Made by a program: the position numbers and the translations under genes. Below are positions 1-6,500 of a stretch of 10,572 bases of DNA, one piece after another. The DNA comes from Pedosphaera sp. GTDB lineage: Bacteria > Verrucomicrobiota > Verrucomicrobiia > Limisphaerales > SIBH01. The notes below the pieces were generated by a model. The model saw nothing but the letters and a program-made list of their open reading frames with translations, made no database searches and was not told where the DNA came from. The stretch lies in NCBI GenBank assembly GCA_031414955.1, contig JANOQV010000298.1, forward strand, positions 1 to 10,572, written 5' to 3'. Numbering within the stretch: position 1 is the stretch's first letter; every line of letters begins with the position of its first letter.

Positions 1-140
1 GTGCCGCTTCAAGCGGGCCGGACAATTTTGGACGCGGCCCGGCTTGCGCGCTCTGCTCGCCCTCGACGAAGCCCGCCGCAACCACCATTGGGATCAACTC
101 TGGCAACCCGCCTAATTAAGAACGGTGTACGGATGCACCC
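1..140 (+). mobile_element. Right end of an ISKra4/ISLre2-like insertion sequence; probable terminal inverted repeat ending ...GGATGCACCC at 140
   Basis: The transposase stop is followed 25 nt later by GGATGCACCC (131-140), resembling the GGGTGC.../...GCACCC termini I associate with this group. The left end and target duplication cannot be seen. Confidence 0.65.
2..115 (+). CDS. C-terminal 37 aa of a transposase, ISKra4/ISLre2-like (IS256-related DDE); 5' part lies outside the window
   Basis: Frame 2 reads CRFKRAGQFWTRPGLRALLALDEARRNHHWDQLWQPA* (TAA 113-115). This matches the RxKxxGxxWxxxGxxxLLxL...N..W..(L/F)W C-terminus typical of these transposases. It is not in the ORF track. Confidence 0.8.
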   Translation, partial: CRFKRAGQFWTRPGLRALLALDEARRNHHWDQLWQPA

Positions 141-167
141 ATCGCAATCGCGCCGCGCGAATCGGCG

Positions 168-195
168 TTGATTTGAACAAACCTGCCGCTAGAGT
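168..195 (+). promoter_or_regulatory. Putative sigma70-type promoter of the DAHP synthase gene
   Basis: TTGATT (168-173), a 16-nt spacer, then TAGAGT (190-195), 17 nt before the ATG at 213. The start is preceded by a T-run with no Shine-Dalgarno. Confidence 0.45.
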
Positions 196-212
196 CGGAC
201 TCCGAATTTTTT

Positions 213-1289
213 ATGGAGCAGACACAAGATTTGCGAGTGGCCAGCGCCCAGCGCCTGCAAGCGCCGCGCGCTCTCAAAGGCGCTTTGCCCATGAGCGAGC
301 GCGCCAACCGCACGGTCGTCGAGGGACGCGCCGCCGTGCAGCATATCCTTACGCAACGCGATCCGCGCCTGCTGGTCGTGGTCGGTCCGTGTTCCATTCA
401 CGATCCTCAAGGCGCGCTGGAATACGCTCAAAAACTTGCCTCCGTGAGCCGCGAGTTGAGCGACCGAATGTTCATCGTGATGCGGGTGTATTTCGAGAAG
501 CCCCGCACCACCATCGGCTGGAAGGGGCTAATCAACGACCCGCACATGGACGGCTCTTGTCAGATCGAGGAAGGGTTGCGCCGCGGCCGCAAGCTGTTAC
601 TGGACATCAACGAACTGGGATTGCCGGCTGCAACCGAGTTCCTGGACCCGATTGTTCCTCAATACATCGATGATCTGATCACCTGGGCGGCGATTGGCGC
701 GCGCACGACCGAAAGCCAGACGCATCGCGAGATGGCCAGCGGACTTTCCATGCCGGTGGGATTCAAGAACGGCACGGACGGCAGCCTGCAAATCGCCATC
801 GACGCGATGGGTTCGGCGCGCTCGACGCATAGTTTTCTTGGCATTGACCAGGATGGGTTCACCAGCCTGGTGCGAACCAAGGGCAATCCCGACGGTCATG
901 TGGTGTTGCGCGGCGGACGCGCCCGCCCGAACTACGATCCCCAGAGCATCGCCGAGGCTTGCGCCCAACTAACGAAGCACAGGCTGCCCAACGTGCTCAT
1001 GGTGGATTGCAGCCACGCGAACTCGCTTAAGCAGCACGAGAAGCAGGAGGACGTGTGGCGCTCGCTCATCGAACAGCGCGCGGCCGGCACCAAGGCCATC
1101 ATCGGCGCGATGGTCGAAAGCTACTTGAGAGAGGGCAACCAGCCGGTGCCAACGAATCCCGCTGACCTTGGCTACGGCATCTCGGTCACGGACGCCTGCC
1201 TGAATTGGGAAACCACCGAGCGCATGTTGCGGCACGGTCATGACGCTTTGCGCAGGGTCGTGATCCAAACGGAAGCCGCCCCGGCCTGA
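213..1289 (+). CDS. aroF: 3-deoxy-7-phosphoheptulonate (DAHP) synthase, class I-alpha (AroF/AroG/AroH family), 358 aa
   Basis: Motifs [58 protein letters not shown] and [10 protein letters not shown] are all present. The feedback specificity (aroF vs aroG vs aroH) cannot be assigned by eye. Confidence 0.96.
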   Translation: MEQTQDLRVASAQRLQAPRALKGALPMSERANRTVVEGRAAVQHILTQRDPRLLVVVGPCSIHDPQGALEYAQKLASVSRELSDRMFIVMRVYFEKPRTTIGWKGLINDPHMDGSCQIEEGLRRGRKLLLDINELGLPAATEFLDPIVPQYIDDLITWAAIGARTTESQTHREMASGLSMPVGFKNGTDGSLQIAIDAMGSARSTHSFLGIDQDGFTSLVRTKGNPDGHVVLRGGRARPNYDPQSIAEACAQLTKHRLPNVLMVDCSHANSLKQHEKQEDVWRSLIEQRAAGTKAIIGAMVESYLREGNQPVPTNPADLGYGISVTDACLNWETTERMLRHGHDALRRVVIQTEAAPA

Positions 1290-1387
1290 CGCACGGCCGG
1301 CCTGTCCCACCGCCACGGCAAAGCAGGGTTAGGTTTGGGCAAATTCCGGGCGAAGACGATGACCACAGAGTGCGTCACACTTGGGAC

Positions 1388-2668
1388 ATGTTCATTCGTG
1401 CAGCGATTTTGATTTGGCTGGCCGCGGCGTGCGGAGCGGGGTTGGCTCAGGCCGATGACTTTCAAGGTGCGACCCATCTGACGCCCTTCGACGAGGACAC
1501 CATTGCTTACAGCAAGGCCACGGCCGCTGGTGCCGTGGCGAAACTGCAGGAGCGGATGGACAGGGGCGAAGTATCGTTGAAGTCCGAGGAGCGATTCGGT
1601 TATTTGCCCTCCATTCTCAAATTGCTGGGCGTGCCAAAATCCTCGCAGATGCTGGTCTTCTCCAAGACCTCGTTCCAACGGGAGCGCATCGATCCCAAGC
1701 ACCCGCGCGGAGTGTATTTCGGGGACGCTGTTTATGTCGGATTCGTCCCTGGCTCGCCGTTGCTGGAACTTTCGGAGATCGATTCCAAATTGGGCGCGGT
1801 GTTCTACACCTTCGATCAGTCCGCGCCGAAGCCGCGTTTCACCCGCAACGACCAGTGTCTCGAATGCCACGCCAGCGCCAAGACCATGGGCGTGCCCGGA
1901 CATTTGGTGCGGTCGTTCGCAACTGATGAGGTGGGCGTGGTCGATTTGAACAGCGGCACGTCGTTGGTCACGCACCGCACGCCGCTGGCGGATCGCTGGG
2001 GCGGCTGGTACGTGAGCGGCACGCATGGCGCGATGACGCATCGCGGCAACCTGATCGGCAAGACCGCGTTTGTGAAACAGGAGCGCCAGCCCAACCATCT
2101 CGGCAACCAGACCAAGCACGATGGCTTCTTCGACCCCGCGCCGTATCCCCTGCCCTCCAGCGACCTCGTGGCGCTGATGGTGATGGAACACCAGATCCAC
2201 ATGCACAACTTCATTACGCGCCTGCAATTCGAGGGCACCATTGCGCTGCAGCAGTACGGGCATGTGCGTTATTTGAAGAACATCACCGAAGGGTTCGTGC
2301 GTTACTTGTTCTTCACGGAGGAGGCGGAATTGAAGTCGCCAGTGCGCGGGGTGAGCGAGTTCACCGGGGACTTCGCCGCGATGGGACCACGGGACAAACG
2401 AGGACGTTCCCTGCGAGACTTTGATTTGCAGACACGGATCTTCAAATACCCGTGCAGCTACTTGATCTATTCCCCCGCCTTCAACGAATTGCCCAAACCG
2501 GTGAAGGAAAAAATTTACGCCCGCGCGTTTGAAGTCCTCTCGGGAAAAGACGCATCTCCGGATTACAAAACGCTCACACCGGAAATTCGTCGGGCCGTGC
2601 TGGAAATCCTGGCCGACACGAAACCCGATCTGCCGAAGGAATGGCGCGAGGCGGCGCGGAGAAAGTAG
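1388..2668 (+). CDS. Uncharacterised exported protein with a single c-type heme motif (CLECH), 426 aa
   Basis: I prefer the ATG at 1388 over the GTG at 1370 because it gives a signal peptide, MFIRAAILIWLAAACGAGLAQA|DD. CLECH is encoded at 1856-1870. Conserved-looking blocks include LVFSKTSFQ, PRGVYF, RWGGWYVSG, HRGN, GRSLRDFDL and YPCSYLIYS. Confidence 0.85.
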   Translation: MFIRAAILIWLAAACGAGLAQADDFQGATHLTPFDEDTIAYSKATAAGAVAKLQERMDRGEVSLKSEERFGYLPSILKLLGVPKSSQMLVFSKTSFQRERIDPKHPRGVYFGDAVYVGFVPGSPLLELSEIDSKLGAVFYTFDQSAPKPRFTRNDQCLECHASAKTMGVPGHLVRSFATDEVGVVDLNSGTSLVTHRTPLADRWGGWYVSGTHGAMTHRGNLIGKTAFVKQERQPNHLGNQTKHDGFFDPAPYPLPSSDLVALMVMEHQIHMHNFITRLQFEGTIALQQYGHVRYLKNITEGFVRYLFFTEEAELKSPVRGVSEFTGDFAAMGPRDKRGRSLRDFDLQTRIFKYPCSYLIYSPAFNELPKPVKEKIYARAFEVLSGKDASPDYKTLTPEIRRAVLEILADTKPDLPKEWREAARRK

Positions 2669-2671
2669 AAT

Positions 2672-2681
2672 CCCCCCCCCC
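2672..2681 (+). repeat. C10 homopolymer immediately after the stop codon of the CxxCH gene
   Basis: Ten consecutive C at 2672-2681, seen directly. Confidence 0.9.
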
Positions 2682-2873
2682 GAGGCCGAGCCGTATTCAC
2701 CTCGCGGAACTGGGGCCGAGCAATAATCCTCGACCAGCGGCGAGTCAGTTCGTTCCTGCGGGTCAGGGGGCGCTGGTTCTTTCTGGATCACGGGATTTGT
2801 TGATGAACTGCACTGGCCGTCTACCTCCACTCCAGCATTTACAACCCGCGCTTGAGCAACGAAATTCCGCGCC

Positions 2874-3419
2874 ATGCAGAATGTTACTTCAACGGAGTTG
2901 AGTCGCGATTGCGACGCGGTGCAGATCCCGCACGGTGCGGAACTCAGTCTGCCCAAGGGCACGCCGGTGGACATCACGCAAACCCTCGGCGGCACCTTCA
3001 CCGTGCATGCTCACGGCGGGTTGTATCGCATCGCGGGCAAGGATGCCGACGCCTTGGGCCTGCCCGTGCCAGTGGAAGAGAAAAAAGCATCATCAGGCCC
3101 GGTGGATCTGGATGAAAAGGAAGTCTGGGAAATCCTCCGCACCTGCTATGACCCCGAGATCCCGGTCAACATCGTGGACCTCGGACTGGTTTATGATCTT
3201 GCCGTGGAGAAACTGCCCAATGGCAGCAATCGCGTGAGCGTGAAGATGACTTTGACCGCGCCAGGTTGCGGCATGGGCGGAGTGATCGCTGGCGATGCGC
3301 AGCAAAAGTTGCTCGCGCTCGACGGAGTGGAGGACGCCCTCGTCGAAGTGGTGTGGGATCCGCCGTGGCACCAGTCGATGATTTCCGAACAAGGTCGCAG
3401 GGTGCTGGGCCTGGAGTAG
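2874..3419 (+). CDS. sufT: Putative Fe-S cluster assembly protein SufT (N-terminal extension plus DUF59/PaaD-like domain), 181 aa
   Basis: N-terminal RDCxAxxIPxG...ITQTLGGTFTV block, followed by the DUF59 motifs CYDPEIPVNIVDLGLVY, MTLTAPGCGMG and VVWDPPW. Confidence 0.92.
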   Translation: MQNVTSTELSRDCDAVQIPHGAELSLPKGTPVDITQTLGGTFTVHAHGGLYRIAGKDADALGLPVPVEEKKASSGPVDLDEKEVWEILRTCYDPEIPVNIVDLGLVYDLAVEKLPNGSNRVSVKMTLTAPGCGMGGVIAGDAQQKLLALDGVEDALVEVVWDPPWHQSMISEQGRRVLGLE

Positions 3420-3433
3420 GCGGCACTCAGAAA

Positions 3434-3466
3434 ACTTCCCCTCAGCGCAGGGGAAGTGTTGCTTTT
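3434..3466 (+). terminator. Probable intrinsic terminator after sufT
   Basis: Perfect 9-bp stem ACTTCCCCT (3434-3442) / AGGGGAAGT (3449-3457) with a 6-nt loop, followed by an imperfect U-tract GTTGCTTTT. Confidence 0.6.
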
Positions 3467-3486
3467 GGTGTTCCGTTGGCTATGAT
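3459..3486 (+). promoter_or_regulatory. Putative sigma70-type promoter of the giant gene
   Basis: TTGCTT (3459-3464), a 16-nt spacer, then TATGAT (3481-3486). A GGAG at 3566-3569 precedes the ATG at 3580. Confidence 0.6.
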
Positions 3487-3579
3487 GGCACCAACTCGAT
3501 GGCCAAAGACCGCCTTAGCATTTTCGCCCTGCGAAGGGTTCAACCCGCGCAAGATATTTAGCTTCGGAGCGACCAATCC

Positions 3580-6500
3580 ATGCTGATAAAAACCATGCAA
3601 ACCAACAAACACAGCCTCAATGTTACAGTCGGGTTACTTCTGTTTTGTGCGCTGACGTCCGTCAGCTTCCTGCCGCGCGCCCAAGGTGCGTCCGTCACTG
3701 GCAGCGGATACACCAACGGATTCGGCACTCAGCCACCCGCTGCGGACTGGTCCACTTACTCCATCACTGGGGCGTCGGCTGATCACGCGACCAGCACGAC
3801 CTTTGACCCGGCGGTCGTGGCCGTAGCGGCTTCCTCCATCAACACGCAGGTTGGTTCCGAGGCCGGCGATCCGCCGGCGGCGAACCTCTCCACGATGTGG
3901 AGTTCAACCGGGTTTTACCTGTCCGTCCGTCCCACCGGCAACGGCGGAACGATTGTGATGTGTACGCTCTCGAACAACCTTGGCTCCGAGGCCGTCGGGG
4001 CGACCATCAGCTATGACTTCACGCTCTCCCCCACGGCGGAGGAATTGAACGGATTTCGCGCCTTCTACAGCTTGAGCGGGGCGGCGAACAGTTGGATCGC
4101 GATCCCTGAATTTACCACGGCCGCCTCCGGACGACTGACCGCGAGCCTGAGCCTCACCTGGCCGAATAACGGGGCGCTTTACCTCATCTGGGCGGACGAC
4201 AACGGCGCGCCCGCCCCGGATGCGGAGAACCGGATTGACAACTTTTCCGTCGTCGCCACGCCGGGCAACCACACGCCCGTCGCCATCACAGTCCAGCCGC
4301 AAAGCCAGTCGGTGGCTGAGTTGGCCCCGTCGAGTTTCAGCATTGGCCTGAGCGGCTATCTCCCGCCCACGGCGCAGTGGTATACCAACAATGTCGCGGT
4401 GTCGGGTGCGACTGCCACCACGTTCAACATTGCTTCCAGTCTGCTGGCCTTCAACGGAATGCAAATCAAAGCCATCGCGCAGAACCTTGCCAGCAACGTC
4501 TCCTATTCCGCCACCAGCACGGTGGTCACGCTGACGGTCAACGCTGACGTCATAGTGCCGGCCGTGGTGGCCGCTTTCAGTTCCGGTCCCGGCTCGGTGA
4601 CAGTTTCATTCTCGGAAAAGATTCTGCTCTCCACGGCCACCAACCTGGCCAATTACGTCATCACCAATAACGCGGGCGCACCCTTGAGCATCACCAACGC
4701 CACGTTGGCCGGCGACCAGACCAACGTCACGCTCCAGACCTCCCTGCAGACACTGGGTGCTCACTACACACTGGTCTTAAATGGCATCCGGGACATCTCG
4801 GCGGCGCAAAACTTGATCACCGCCAACACACTGGCGGGTTTTGATGCGGCGGATTTCACGGCGGCTGGCATCGGCAGTCCCTCCTTTACCGGCTCCATCA
4901 TCAGCGTGCCCGGCGGTTATCAGATCACGGCGGGCGGCACGGGCATCGGCGGCACGTCTGACCAATGCACTTTCGCCTACCAGCAGAAGGCCGGTGACTT
5001 TGACTTTCAGGTGCGGGTGGAAAGTCTCGGCGTCACTGATCCGTTCGCGGAAATCGCCTTCATGGCCCGAGAGTCGTTGAACGCCAACAGCATCTTCGCC
5101 TCGGCCACGGCTGCGCCCGTCATCACCGGATGTTTCTTCGAGTCGCGGCTCACCACGGGCGCGGCGGCGGTTCGCACCGGCAGTTTTCCGGCCAACTATC
5201 CCAATGCCTGGCTGCGCCTGAAGCGCGCCGGCAATCTCTTCACCGGTTACGCCAGCGCTGATGGCGTGCGCTGGGTGCAACTGGGTTCCGCGACCTTGAC
5301 GCCGGCCAGCGTTTACCTGGGGTTTGCCGTGACCAGCCGCAAGGTCATCCAGCCCACCGTCGTCCAACTGCGCGACTACACGGTCACCTCCGGCGGCGCG
5401 CAGGTGGTCACGTCCGTAAAGTTCGACACCGAGCCGCTCTCGGCCGCCGCGCGCAGCACGCCCATCACGATTTCAGAAATCCACTACCAGCCCTCCAGCA
5501 CGAACACCCGCAGCCTGGAGTTCATTGAGATCTACAACTCGAATCCGTTCTACGAAGATATCAGCGGCTACAAGCTGACGGGCGACATCAACTACACCTT
5601 TCCGTCCAACACCGTCATGCCCGCGGGCACCTTTTTGGTGCTGGCGAAAATCAAGGCGGACGTGGAAGCGGCTTACGGCCTCACTGGCGTGCTTCAGTAC
5701 GGCATTACCAACGTCACCACCAACATCGTGCTGGGCGTGACCAACGTCGCGACGAACGTCATCAACTCGCTGAACAACTCCGGCGGCACGGTGCAACTGC
5801 GCAGCGAGTTCAACGCCGTGCTGCTCACCGTGGATTACTCGACGGACAATCCCTGGCCGGTGGGGGCCAATGGCACTGGCCATTCCGCAGTGTTGAGCCG
5901 TGGTTCCTATGGCCAGAACGTGCCTCGTTCGTGGAGCGCGAGTGATGTGGTGGGCGGTTCGCCGGGCAAGCATGAGCCGCTCCTGCTTAAAGCTGGACTG
6001 CGGGCCGTGGTCATCAACGAAATCCTCGCCCACACGGATCTGCCGCAACTCGATTTCATCGAGCTTTACAACTACAGCACATCGCCGGTGGACATCTCGG
6101 GCTGCTACCTCAGCGACAAGGCTTCGACGAACATCTTCAAGGTGCCGACCAACACGGTGTTGGCGGGGCATGGCTACATTGCCTTCACCGAGGCGCAGTT
6201 CAATCCCGGCGGGACGAACGGCTTCTCGCTCAGTTCCGGCGGCGAAACAATTTACCTGCGCAGCCCGGATGGACTGCGGATGCTTGATGCCCTGGAATTT
6301 GAGCCGCAGGAAAACGGCGTCTCGTTCGGACGCTACCCGGATGGCTCACCTGAGTTTTATCGCCTCCGCAACCTGACTCCCGGCACCACCAACGCGCCCA
6401 TCCTCGTGGACGACATCGTGATCAACGAAATCATGTACGCGCCGATCTCGGAGGAGCCGGATGACGATTACATTGAGCTGTACAACAAGGGGACCAACGC

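Noticed and set aside
116..1316. Short ORFs overlapping the DAHP synthase gene, including 125..673
   Set aside because: They overlap a clearly conserved enzyme gene and show Arg-rich off-frame composition.
1352..1380. ECF-sigma-like GAAGAC-N15-CGTC upstream of the CxxCH gene
   Set aside because: The motif is too short and the spacing is not diagnostic, so it cannot be supported without other examples.
2707..2751. Resemblance of the intergenic structure to yybP-ykoY or SAM-I riboswitches (CAATA, GGCGAG, GGAACTGG)
   Set aside because: The key conserved segments (GGGGAGTA for yybP-ykoY; ATC..GAG and GCAAC for SAM-I) are missing or misplaced. Kept only as an unassigned structure.
1238..3001. 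587-aa minus-strand ORF
   Set aside because: Antisense shadow in register with the CxxCH gene. It also overlaps two well-supported genes and has no protein-like motifs.
213..3419. DAHP synthase, CxxCH protein and SufT as one functional pathway
   Set aside because: The gaps are about 100 and 205 nt, there are separate candidate promoters, and I know of no functional link. Co-orientation alone is not evidence.
3500..3575. c-di-GMP-I riboswitch in the giant gene leader (GNRA-capped hairpin followed by CGCAAG)
   Set aside because: It lacks the GGCAAAC and GACGCAAA consensus segments and a convincing second stem.
3631..3650. Lipoprotein signal in the giant protein (GLLLFC)
   Set aside because: LLFC does not fit the lipobox. 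The hydrophobic stretch continues to an SPase I-like AQG|A site.
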